Virus record (IMG/VR): IMGVR_UViG_3300020057_001232
Span: 32,001-96,000 of that record
DNA from: a virus
DNA length: 64,000 nt
Reading direction: 5' to 3' (one strand)
Under the pieces are notes generated by a model. The model searched no databases. It saw only the letters and a list, made by a program, of their open reading frames with translations, and was not told the DNA's origin. The position numbers and the translations under genes are program-made. Shown piece after piece: positions 26,135-36,000 of this stretch; within the stretch, counting starts at the first letter, position 1, and each line of letters opens with the position of its first letter.

Positions 26135-26198
26135 ATAATCCATTTACCGAAATTCGGCGTAAAGCCCCTAGCTTTAGCTATGGGGATATAAGCCGTCC
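26135..26198. mobile_element. probable IS200/IS605-family end remnant
   Basis: Imperfect hairpin CGGCGTAAAGCCCCTAGCTTTAGCTATGGGGATATAAGCCG resembling IS200/IS605 subterminal palindromes; no transposase nearby. Confidence 0.45.
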
Positions 26199-26209
26199 TA
26201 GTTCACAAC

Positions 26210-26785
26210 TTGCTCTTTTTCTACACACAGCCCCCGATGTTTGATCGAAAGCAAACTTGGGACTACATCAAAAACCAGTGTACAGGCGAGCGGACCTTCA
26301 GCTTGAAGGGTCGCACGCCGGAGTCGCTTTTGCGGCTTGTAACAGCTTGGCATCGAGATCTAGCACACGACAGGCAGTTAAAGTCATTAGGCATTAGAAA
26401 AGATGCGAAATGGGAACCTTCCGGCATAGGAGCGTTCGAGAAACAAACGGGCTCCATTGAAGAGAACAATTATAAGCTGATCCAGATAAAGGAAATCACC
26501 TCTTATAAAGGGCTTGCAGAAGAAGGCAGACGCATGAAGCACTGCGTCAGAAGCTACGCCCAATCATGTATCGACGGCAGACGAGCCATATTTTCTTTCG
26601 TCCGAGCCGACCTCTGGAATGCAGCAGAGGGGAAAAACAGCTTGACGTTAGAGGTAGACCTCAATGTCCGCAGCATCTGTCAGATCCGTGGCTTTGAAAA
26701 CCGCAAGCCGCTAAGTAGCGAAATGAAGTTCATTCAGGAATGGGCTCAAGTAGAACGCTTAACTGTATCGAGATATCTTTCATGA
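26210..26785 (+). CDS. PcfJ-domain protein, probably 5'-truncated
   Basis: FSLKGRT..SLLRL...WH, LAEEGRRMKHCV.SY, QIRGFENR; TTG start without RBS right after the IS-like hairpin. Confidence 0.7.
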   Translation: MLFFYTQPPMFDRKQTWDYIKNQCTGERTFSLKGRTPESLLRLVTAWHRDLAHDRQLKSLGIRKDAKWEPSGIGAFEKQTGSIEENNYKLIQIKEITSYKGLAEEGRRMKHCVRSYAQSCIDGRRAIFSFVRADLWNAAEGKNSLTLEVDLNVRSICQIRGFENRKPLSSEMKFIQEWAQVERLTVSRYLS

Positions 26786-26921
26786 GAAAGAAGATCTTCT
26801 TTTGACATTAAAGGACACGGTTTATTCATATAGCGGTTCATAAACCGTGGGTTTGACTATCTAAAAAAGTATAAAATATAGGGGCAACTTATATTTTCAT
26901 ATGTTTTGATAGGAGGCTCTA

Positions 26922-28259
26922 ATGAAGTTCTATTCCCTTTTATTTGCGGTCTTGATGACCGCCTCAGGATGTGTAACTACACCCGACGAAAAGCCCACGA
27001 CGGCGAGCAACCGCCCTCGACACCGACCTGGAAAACCTTCCGTCTCGGCTGCGGCAACTACGACGAAACTAGTGGCTGCATCTTTAGTAATGAACAAGGG
27101 TTCGAAAAGCTCGCAGCCGCTTTCCGTGCTCTCGGTTCAAGATCAGTCCGGGACGGTGGACGGCTGGAGCAAGTACATCGAGTTCACGCCGGTCTCGACA
27201 GGCTTAACGGCGAACTTTATCTTCAATGTCCCCGCAGGTGTTACGCCTACGGCGTTGACAGTTAAAACAAACTACAAAGGACGCCGAAAAGGATCTCAAC
27301 TGTGGGGTTGGAAACTTTATAATTTTACAACTGGAACTTGGGTAACTGTAGGTGACAACACGCCTGCCGCATCTTGGACGTGGACACCGATGTCCTTTCC
27401 TGTACCGGCTCCGCTTAGCCGCTTTATGAATGCCTCACGGCAGATAAAACTACGCTTCGACACCTTTTCAGGCGTAGACCTTTGCGACATTGATTACCTC
27501 GTAATTGAAGCGACAACGGATGTTGTGCCACCGCCTCCACCTCCACCCTCAGGTACTTGGTGGAAACCAACACCTGGGATCAAGTGGCAGATGCAATATA
27601 CGGGCACCATTGACATCAACGTAAATGCGCCCGTTTACTTCCTAGATACGTTCTTCTCGTCTAAGACCTTGATCGACCAAGTTAAGGCTAAAGGACGCAA
27701 AGTCATTTGCTACATCAATGGCGGCAGTTGGGAAAGCTACGCCCCTGACGCTGCCAGTTTCCCGGCTTCTGTGATCGGTAAGGGAGTCAGCGGGTGGGCG
27801 GACGAGAAGTTTATCGACATTAGGCAGGTCGATATTCTTTGGGCGATTATGCTTAAGAGAATCGACATGGCGCAGCAGAAAGGCTGCGACGGCTTCTACC
27901 ACGATTGGGCTCACATCTTCACCGAGGACACGGGCTTTCCGATCACGGCAGCGGACCAAATCAAGTGGAACACGCTTTTCGCCACCGAAGGTCACAAGCG
28001 AAACATGAGTGTGGGGCTTATCAATGATCTTTTACAAGTAAAAGAGCTTGTAAACTTGTACGATTGGGGCATGATTGAGTCTTGCAATGTATACAACGAG
28101 TGTGCTTACGAGAACCCCTTCATCGCCCAAAACAAAGCGGTCTTCGCCCTTGAGTATCAAGGCGATCCCGCCGCCGTCTGTCCGAAGCTGAACGCTTTGA
28201 ACTTTGACGGGCAGTACAAGCACCTACTTTTAGACGCCTGGAAACAAGACTGTAGATAA
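26922..28259 (+). CDS. lipoprotein with GH114 endo-alpha-1,4-polygalactosaminidase-like domain
   Basis: Lipobox ASGC, beta-sandwich-like region, poly-Pro linker, WKPTPGIKWQMQY, RKVICYINGGSWE, KGCDG, NKAVFALEY. Confidence 0.8.
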   Translation: MKFYSLLFAVLMTASGCVTTPDEKPTTASNRPRHRPGKPSVSAAATTTKLVAASLVMNKGSKSSQPLSVLSVQDQSGTVDGWSKYIEFTPVSTGLTANFIFNVPAGVTPTALTVKTNYKGRRKGSQLWGWKLYNFTTGTWVTVGDNTPAASWTWTPMSFPVPAPLSRFMNASRQIKLRFDTFSGVDLCDIDYLVIEATTDVVPPPPPPPSGTWWKPTPGIKWQMQYTGTIDINVNAPVYFLDTFFSSKTLIDQVKAKGRKVICYINGGSWESYAPDAASFPASVIGKGVSGWADEKFIDIRQVDILWAIMLKRIDMAQQKGCDGFYHDWAHIFTEDTGFPITAADQIKWNTLFATEGHKRNMSVGLINDLLQVKELVNLYDWGMIESCNVYNECAYENPFIAQNKAVFALEYQGDPAAVCPKLNALNFDGQYKHLLLDAWKQDCR

Positions 28260-28377
28260 GTATTGATCTTTTAGACGCCGCATTGACCCTAGATCAATGC
28301 GGCGTTTAACTTTAATCCTCTTTGAGGTAAGCTGTCCCCTTCAGAAACCCAGCGAAGCGGTAAAAAAGGTTCAAGAC

Positions 28378-29373
28378 ATGAGAGAAAAGATCTTTCAAGC
28401 CGTCATCGGCTCACATCTTTATGGAACAAGCCGTCCGCAGAGTGACGAAGACTTTTTAGGAGTTTACTTGCCTACGGCGGAAGATCTTTGTTCGATGCAG
28501 AGCCCTCCCGGTGAAATCAGCGAGAACGTCAAACTGACCGAAGGGCGACGTAATTCTGCGGGTGATGTTGACAGCAAATTCTTCAGTGTCAAACGCTTCT
28601 TCGAGCTAGCTCTGCAAGGTCAAACAACTGCTATCGAGCTGTTCTTTGTCCCTGACGAATTAGTAACGATCAAGACACCTCTTTGGGACGAGATCAAAGC
28701 GCACCGCAGTCTCTTCTTGTCGAAACAAAGCGTAGCTCCGTTTGTGGGCTTTTGCCGTTCGCAAGCGGGCAAAGCTACGCTTAAAGGTCAGAACTTAAAG
28801 CAGCTCCAAAAGCTGATAAAGGCTCTTGAAGCGTTGACCGAGAACGACAAGAAAAGAAAGATCATGAGCTTTGTCGATATGGACGACGTTTCGGCGGCAG
28901 AAGCACTAGGGGAGGGAGCCATGCTTTTTGGTATGGAGTTCCCGGTCTTCTTAGATCAGAACGGCATCTTCCATTTGGTCGTCTGCAACAACCGTAAACT
29001 CACCATAAACAACACGGCGGAATCGTGGCTGACGACAGCTCGTATTCTAGAAGAACGCTACGGCACAAGGGTTCGGACGGCGGCTGACACCCACTACGAT
29101 TACAAGTCGCTTTACCATGCGTTTAGAATCGCTGGCGAAGCTGAAGAGCTTTTGGTCGAGGGGCGCTTGAGCTTGCCGAGACCACAGCAGGAGTTGGAGT
29201 TTTTAATGGCGCTACGTGCGGAGACTTTTGCCCCCGACTACATGGAGCAGTTAGAAGCCTGTATTGCCAAAGTCGAAGCACTCAAAAGCAAAAGCTCTTT
29301 GCCTGATAAGCCTGACTACGACGCCGTTGGAAAACTCTGCATTGACTTACACCGTAAACTTTTTAACGCTTGA
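28378..29373 (+). CDS. DNA pol-beta superfamily nucleotidyltransferase (RlaP-like)
   Basis: GSHLYGTSRPQSDEDFLGVY; KSLYHAFRI; SSLPDKPD. Confidence 0.85.
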   Translation: MREKIFQAVIGSHLYGTSRPQSDEDFLGVYLPTAEDLCSMQSPPGEISENVKLTEGRRNSAGDVDSKFFSVKRFFELALQGQTTAIELFFVPDELVTIKTPLWDEIKAHRSLFLSKQSVAPFVGFCRSQAGKATLKGQNLKQLQKLIKALEALTENDKKRKIMSFVDMDDVSAAEALGEGAMLFGMEFPVFLDQNGIFHLVVCNNRKLTINNTAESWLTTARILEERYGTRVRTAADTHYDYKSLYHAFRIAGEAEELLVEGRLSLPRPQQELEFLMALRAETFAPDYMEQLEACIAKVEALKSKSSLPDKPDYDAVGKLCIDLHRKLFNA

Positions 29374-29382
29374 GGATTTACA

Positions 29383-29961
29383 ATGACTATAGCCGATGCT
29401 GTGTTTGACCCAAACGTAAGACCTAAGCTCCGCTGTGAAGAGACTTGGAAACATGTAGCTAAGATCCTAGCTCCTAAAGTTTCGGAGTGGGCAGGTGAAG
29501 AAGTTCTAGAAGGTGAAAGCTTCGAAGACGAAATATTTCAAATTTTAGACGACGCCTTCAGCTTAGATGGTTTCAAGCTTGCCAAAGAGTTCGATGACCT
29601 CGGCTATGAAGCCGACTTAGATCTTGTAGAAATTTTAAACGAAGTAGAATACCTCGCCATGAATTTTAAGGCGAAGCAGGAACAGGCGTGGGTAGTTCAC
29701 TTCGGAGCCAAAGCCAAACTGCTAGTCGGAGCCGTTGTCAAAGTTAAGCATAGACACGACGACCAAGTGGGCACCATCGTTGAGATCGACAAAAAGCGGG
29801 GATACTACACCGTACAAATAGACGCTTTAGGGCACGGTGTTCAAAAAGTAGGCAGCCGAACGGTTGGCTGCAATTACGCTTTTGAAGAAGTGGAGAAGTG
29901 GAATGCAGAGCTACAAAATGGAGATACCGTTTCTAGCACAAAGCCCGGAGCAAGCCCATGA
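29383..29961 (+). CDS. hypothetical protein (SH3/KOW-like C-terminus)
   Basis: VGAVVKV...GTIVEID. Confidence 0.55.
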   Translation: MTIADAVFDPNVRPKLRCEETWKHVAKILAPKVSEWAGEEVLEGESFEDEIFQILDDAFSLDGFKLAKEFDDLGYEADLDLVEILNEVEYLAMNFKAKQEQAWVVHFGAKAKLLVGAVVKVKHRHDDQVGTIVEIDKKRGYYTVQIDALGHGVQKVGSRTVGCNYAFEEVEKWNAELQNGDTVSSTKPGASP

Positions 29962-30082
29962 AGCTCATGGAGAAGCTGGCGATACTCTGCCGGAGTTCGC
30001 TCTCGGAAGCGTCAACACCTGACCGTTTCGTCGTCAGCGACTACGACGGCAACCTCATAAATCCTGAGTTCCACGAAGAGTT

Positions 30083-30376
30083 TTAGTTGCGTAGAGAGCG
30101 CTCGACAATCTTATAGCTCTCCGCTAACTCAAGCGACTCTTCGGTGACATCAGGATAAGTCCAAAGCTTCTGCTTCTCAAGATATGTGAAGTAGGGGTGC
30201 TCGTCTTCGATATATTTTTTAGCATCGTCGTAATCAATGAAAACTTCTTCTACGTCGGAAAAGCCGTAGGGGAGGTCTTTTACTACGATGTAAACTGTGT
30301 CGATTCTCAAGTTGTCTTTAGTGTATTCTTTAGCTGCACTTCCCAATCTACCACCCAATCCTTTCGTAACAGACAA
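30083..30376 (-). CDS. hypothetical protein
   Basis: VYIV...EEVF.D.DDAKKY. Confidence 0.5.
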   Translation of the reverse strand: MSVTKGLGGRLGSAAKEYTKDNLRIDTVYIVVKDLPYGFSDVEEVFIDYDDAKKYIEDEHPYFTYLEKQKLWTYPDVTEESLELAESYKIVERSLRN

Positions 30377-30830
30377 CTCGGTAATCTAGACCGGCGTCTT
30401 CCCCTTGTTCAATTACTGTCTGGTGCCATTTCTTTTCATCTACCACAGGAAAGAATGTATCACCAGCAAAGCTTTGCTCGACATGCGTCAAAGTCATAGA
30501 ACCGGCGACATCTAAAGCTTCCTTGTAGAGACCTTCGCCACCAATTACGAAACAGTCGAAGGCACATAACTTCAAGGCGTCGTAGAAGCTAGAAGCTGTC
30601 TCGACGCCATCAACTAAACCTTGCTTAGACGTAACTACAATATTTCTACGATTGGGTAGTGGTCTGCCGATAGACTCGAAAGTCATACGACCCATGACAA
30701 CGGTGGAACCCTTAGTCAGCTCTTTAAAGCGTTTGAGGTCTTTAGGCATGTACCATGGAAGCTTTCCAGCAATGCCGATGGCACGGTTGCTGGCAACCGC
30801 AGCTACAATTTTAATTGGGAGGTGAAGCAT
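30348..30830 (-). CDS. folA: dihydrofolate reductase
   Basis: AIG..GKLPW, DLKRFKELT, VMGRMTFESIGRPLPNRRNIV, VIGG, GDTFFP. Confidence 0.95.
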   Translation of the reverse strand: MLHLPIKIVAAVASNRAIGIAGKLPWYMPKDLKRFKELTKGSTVVMGRMTFESIGRPLPNRRNIVVTSKQGLVDGVETASSFYDALKLCAFDCFVIGGEGLYKEALDVAGSMTLTHVEQSFAGDTFFPVVDEKKWHQTVIEQGEDAGLDYRVVCYERIGW

Positions 30831-30845
30831 ACTGTCAGGTTACGA

Positions 30846-31190
30846 TCAGCGGCTTTTTTTCGCAAGATGTTTAACGAGGTTTTTGATCTTGATACGTGGA
30901 CGCTTTTCTAGTGCCACTACAATTTCAATCTCTTCTCCGGACGTGCTTGAATAAACACGGTGGACTACGGAATGATCGACGACCGACACTCGCCACTGGT
31001 CCACTTCTTCGAGTTTCTTTTTTCCAACGACAAGGTTGCGAGTTGTCCCTTCGCTGATCGACGCTTCGATGCCTTTAACGGCAAGGGCTCTTACAAGGAT
31101 TCTGTCGATGAGGGCAGTAACGTCCTTTTCGTATTCACGTCTTTCGTCCGTGCTTGGGAAACGGTACTTACTGAGAACTTTGTGCATCAT
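30846..31190 (-). CDS. hypothetical protein
   Basis: ORF overlapping the upstream stop. Confidence 0.5.
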   Translation of the reverse strand: MMHKVLSKYRFPSTDERREYEKDVTALIDRILVRALAVKGIEASISEGTTRNLVVGKKKLEEVDQWRVSVVDHSVVHRVYSSTSGEEIEIVVALEKRPRIKIKNLVKHLAKKSR

Positions 31191-31999
31191 TGGTCAACTC
31201 GGTACATAAAAAAGTAATCGTCCATCACTTCCGCTGCGGGATATCCCCGCCACATCGGCGTGTGACCATATTCGTCATCCGTCAATTGGCTGACTTCGGT
31301 GGCGAGATCCCTGAATGTAGCTAGGGGCTTTTCAGTGGTGAATTTTTCTACAGTCTGCCTAAACGTGTACGTAAACGACCCACCCCGAGCACTACCTAAA
31401 TCTTGGGAGTTTTCATTTTGCTTAGACGCAGAGAAGATGAAAGCTTGCTTGTAGAGAGTGTTCGCTTGCTCTTGTAGCGGCTCTTCGATGGTTTCTGCTA
31501 TGAGAGGGTGCGAACCCGTTTCGGAGTCGGGCTCAGTGACAATTGCGTCACCGTTGCCGTCAACGAAAGAGCCGGACAGGCAGGAGTCGAGCATGACGAT
31601 CAAGCGGTCGAAAGGCTCGGTGCGGACTTCAGCGATGGCAGCGATGACTTCCCTGAAGGTAAACGAGCGGTCGTCCGCCAAAAGGATACCTCTGTTGCCG
31701 TGCCCGCTGAAGTAGAAGAGAAAGCTGTCAGCTTCTCTAGCTTCTTGTTTTACAAGATCGAAGATTTCGCTTGTTGATGCGTTGGCGTCGATGGCGACGT
31801 TGAAGTGGTATTCCGGCTTTGAGAAGAGCGTATTCAGCTCTCTGATGTCGGTAGGTACCCCGGCTAAGCCGTTGGGGGCACCTATGAGGACAGCACGGTT
31901 GTTACCACCGCCGTCGTACCCTAAGCCGTTTAAGGACGACGTTGAAGGTGGTTGTCCGCAGCCTGCTAGAACAAGAACGCTGAGAATAAGCTTTTTCAT
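31187..31999 (-). CDS. caspase-family (C14) peptidase lipoprotein
   Basis: Lipobox LAGC; FYFSGHG, LDSCLSG, GGSFT. Confidence 0.85.
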   Translation of the reverse strand: MKKLILSVLVLAGCGQPPSTSSLNGLGYDGGGNNRAVLIGAPNGLAGVPTDIRELNTLFSKPEYHFNVAIDANASTSEIFDLVKQEAREADSFLFYFSGHGNRGILLADDRSFTFREVIAAIAEVRTEPFDRLIVMLDSCLSGSFVDGNGDAIVTEPDSETGSHPLIAETIEEPLQEQANTLYKQAFIFSASKQNENSQDLGSARGGSFTYTFRQTVEKFTTEKPLATFRDLATEVSQLTDDEYGHTPMWRGYPAAEVMDDYFFMYRVDQ

Positions 32000-32004
32000 A
32001 CAGC

Positions 32005-32682
32005 TTAATCTTGGACAAGAGACCCTCCAGGGAAGCACCGCGATTCAGGAAGCATCCACTCATCAGCGTAGTCCTTGACGGTGCCTGCCTTGATTCGGGC
32101 GTCCAACTCGTACCAATATATTGCCTTCTTCTCACCTACGAAGCACTTGGAAAACGGCTCTTGCACAAGCCAAGGGATCACCGCTGTCGCATCGACGATA
32201 GCCATTATCACTACGTATTCATGGAACTTTTCAGGGGTAAGTGTGAAGGCTATCTTGCCGCGAGGATCGACAAGAATGGGATCTATTTGTCGCCTAGCGG
32301 TCTCTAGTTGAAAGAACCAGCTTGGACCGCCGAACTTTTTACTTTGTGACGTGATTTGTGCTTTTACAGCTAACTCTTCCTTAAGGGGACCATAGAGAAG
32401 GTCTGCCTTGTACGACTTGTAGGCAGGTGGGTAGTAAGTAAAATCAGGCTTACTGCACTTCGCACCGAGGCTTTTCGAAACACCTTCTTCCCCACGCCCG
32501 CCGATATAGCAGTCGTTACCGACCTGTACGGCATCATCTTGTTTGGAGTCGTCGTAGAGATCGCCATTGCCCACACGTTCGTTTCCGAAGTTCCGTGCTG
32601 CTACGACGCTCTCCGGCGACAGCCGGACGATCCTATCGCTTCTATATATGACCTCGAACTCGCGCATTTGCCGTGCCGCCAT
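32005..32682 (-). CDS. hypothetical protein (possible PD-(D/E)xK-like)
   Basis: GGRGEE, ADL...LAVK. Confidence 0.45.
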   Translation of the reverse strand: MAARQMREFEVIYRSDRIVRLSPESVVAARNFGNERVGNGDLYDDSKQDDAVQVGNDCYIGGRGEEGVSKSLGAKCSKPDFTYYPPAYKSYKADLLYGPLKEELAVKAQITSQSKKFGGPSWFFQLETARRQIDPILVDPRGKIAFTLTPEKFHEYVVIMAIVDATAVIPWLVQEPFSKCFVGEKKAIYWYELDARIKAGTVKDYADEWMLPESRCFPGGSLVQD

Positions 32683-32740
32683 TTGACCGTCTCCAAATAA
32701 AAGAAGGATTTCTTGAAGAAGATATGCCAGCATCTAAGTT

Positions 32741-33052
32741 TTGTTCAAGGAGAATTTTGCCGTGGCGGTTCTGGCGTTTAAGCATAAAAAGAAAATGGAG
32801 ACCTTCGAGATAGACGACGAAGAGCTAGAGAGCCGGTGGGAGGAGTGGGTTGCCAACGGCACGAACCCCCACATGAAGGGAATGACGTTTGCCGAATACA
32901 ACCGTCCGCTCAGAACGAACTTCAAGATTGTAGAGACGATCAAAGATCATTTCATCTACAGCGACATCGAGTGTCTTTTGCAAAGCGACGACTGTCCCGT
33001 GTGGGTCTATGACTACAAAGAAAAAGAAGTCGAAGTGCGGTGGATACCCTGA
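32741..33052 (+). CDS. hypothetical protein
   Basis: ORF only; likely start METFE. Confidence 0.45.
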   Translation: MFKENFAVAVLAFKHKKKMETFEIDDEELESRWEEWVANGTNPHMKGMTFAEYNRPLRTNFKIVETIKDHFIYSDIECLLQSDDCPVWVYDYKEKEVEVRWIP

Positions 33053-33053
33053 C

Positions 33054-36000
33054 TTACTTTCTTCCGCCCCTAGGTACGAACACGCCTAACACTCTGTTAT
33101 TGGTCATTACGACATTGTGGGTAGATGAGTTACCTCCAGTGTACTGCCCACCTGAGCGAGATCCACCAGCTAAAACCAAGCCTTTTCGTTGTTGCACACG
33201 GCGAATTTGAACTCCACCTTTGTACTCGAAGTTGGCTTTATATTTTTCATTCCAAAGGAAGGTAGCACCAAGAACCATGGCTCTGAAAAGGTCGTCGTGC
33301 CCATCCCCTTTTGTAATTTTAGTGCCGACTTCAGATACGGAAAGCATCTGCCAAAGAAGGTGCATGTAAGGTCTTTTGTAAAGCAACTCTTCGATGGGCT
33401 CCGGTCTGTCGTCTACTTCGTCGAGTGGGATCTCCGGGGCTACGGTCTCGAACAAGCCTTGATAAAGCTGCGCCCTGAAAGCAATGAAGTCTCTATAGGT
33501 AAGACTGTACTGCTGTGCGTCGATACCGAGCTTTCTGATGGCGTCGATCTGCGACTGACTCTGCCATTGGTCGTAGAGAACCAAGCGGACGTTGACCTTC
33601 TCGCAGATCGTAGCGACCATCTTTTGATACATACCGTCGAAGTCAACGACCTCGCCGTGGGTACGGTCGGGATAAAGAGCCCAAGCACCTGCCACTTGCA
33701 CAACTTTGAAGTCGTCTTCTTTTAGTTTAAGAAGCGTCAAGGCGTAGCCGCAGTCCGACTTACCCATATCAATAGATAGGCAGTAAGGGATCGACTTATC
33801 TCTATCAAGCTGTGAGGCATCAAAGAAAGGACCGATGATGCTCTTGTCGATCTTTACGTTCCAGTAAGGCTCCTCAAGCTTTGCCGACTTGAGAACCAAG
33901 TCTTCACTGTCAATAAAAGGATCGTCCGCAAACGGTGGGATAGAGCCATAGTCACGAGCGAACGCTTTCGGATCTTTTCTCTTTTCGTTGTCTAAGAAGA
34001 CGGGATCAATGTCAGGGTTGACCTCCCAACTTGCTTTGTGTGAAGTGACCTTCTTTGGGTCCGTCTTGCCGGTCTTGATAAGACGCATGATGTAGTCAGA
34101 CTTCGACATCGTAGACGAAACTGCACAGAGGTAGCCCGTAGGCACGTTGTAGTCACCTTTCACAAAGAGCTTGGCTGCTTTGTTACGGATGGTAGCAGCA
34201 GACTTTTCGTAGGCGATGTAGGTTTCTTTGGCGTTAGCTCTTTTGGCATCTTCACCACCGCCGAACCAACCGATTTCGTCGATACAAGAAAAGATACCTG
34301 TACGACCACGGGACGTATCTAGGGCAGCTCCTTGGACGTAACCGGAGATGCCTTTGTGAAAGTAGGAGAACTCCTCCGTCAACCACTTGTAGACCTCAAC
34401 GCCCTTTTTCTTAGCGTAGAAGTCGAGCAAATCGTGGTACTGCGAAAACCAGTTGGAAGTCTCTATAGCACGGCAGAACTGCATCCAATTTGATTCTTTA
34501 GCCTGCTTCAAAGTGATAGCAATGAAACGCATGTAGAGCTGCTGACCTCGAAGCTGCTCGAAGTAGCCTGCGGGGTCAGGAAGCTTGAGGTAACGGTGAA
34601 GAACGTAGGAGCCAATCATGCCTCCTGCTACAGCCGACTTACCAGAGTTATGGTGTAGGAAACCGTCCCCCGTGTAAACGTTCGTGCCTGGAACGTGGAT
34701 GTCCATCATCTCTTCAATGGGACCGTCCTTGATGACCTTTATCTTTACGGGGAAGTAACCTTCGTCTATCAACTTCTTCAGCTTTTCAGGGGCGTTTTTG
34801 TAGGTGGTCGTCTGAGTCCCCGCAACGGCACCTAACGGAAGTGAGAAGTAGGGACGCCCCTTTATTCCTTTAGCTTTATCAAGTGTCTTTTTTTTCTGCT
34901 CGGAAGCTAAATGTACGTTCTCTTGGAAAATTCGAACAGAATTTGAATTTTTAGTTGAGATGTTGAAGGCAACGCCTTTTTCATCGGGATCGTAATTTTT
35001 TAAGTAAGTATTAGCTTTTGCAAAACCGTTTAGTCTCATCGTACTACATCTAGTAACGATACCTAAATTTAAAAGTAAAATACGAACTTGCTCAGCGAGT
35101 GTTTTGGAAACTGTAGTGTAGTAGACCTTTACCTTTTGACGCCCGTTGGGCATCGTCTCAGCATGGACTCCTCCATCGCCGTCGAAGAGACCTGCAAGAA
35201 ACTCGCAGACGATTTCTTTAGGGGAGCGAAGGATGAAGTCTGGAACAATCTTGTCGTGGGAAGTCTCAGGTTTTAGTCCAATCCAATTTAGCCACTCCAT
35301 TACGGCAACACCATTCAATGTCCAACATTTATAAAATGGGACCGTCGCACATTCCCTGTACTCCTCAAGCTTAGGCTCCTCACCGAACACTGCCAGGCAG
35401 CACCTTTTGATATCTGCATCAATATCAGGATTGCTAGACACAATCCGTAAGTTGTACTTTCTGGTGTACTGACCATCAGAGACTAGATATCCAACCAGTC
35501 TTGCCAGCTCGGGCGTTACCTCCGTTGGGAAGCAGAAGTCTTTTGCTTGCTGTCCGTGTTCTAATTTATCTCGGCGAAAAGCCCCCAACTGGAAGCGGCT
35601 CTCTGCCCACATGTTTGCGGAATACAGAAGTACAACGTCGCCGACCTTGCAATCTTTCATGAGCTTGTGCTCAATCTCACAGTCTGTATTAAGTGTCGGC
35701 ACGATATGGCTTTGCTTGGCACCCGACATGATCCAGTTGTAGTCTGTGGTAAAGCGGAGCGATTCCTTCTTGCCGACATATATTTTCTCAGCAACAGTTC
35801 CATGTGTTAATTCATCGCCGACCTCTACCTTGTTAAATTCAATAATTCCCCTATTTTTCGTATATATTCTAGTATGTTGGGAAACACACCTCATCCCCCA
35901 CAGAAGATCCACTTCGTCCGGCATATACCAAAAATTGTCGTTGTAGTGATCTAAGCGTGTCGTTTTGCACTTTGGGCAGCGACCGTCATCGAGAAGCTGA

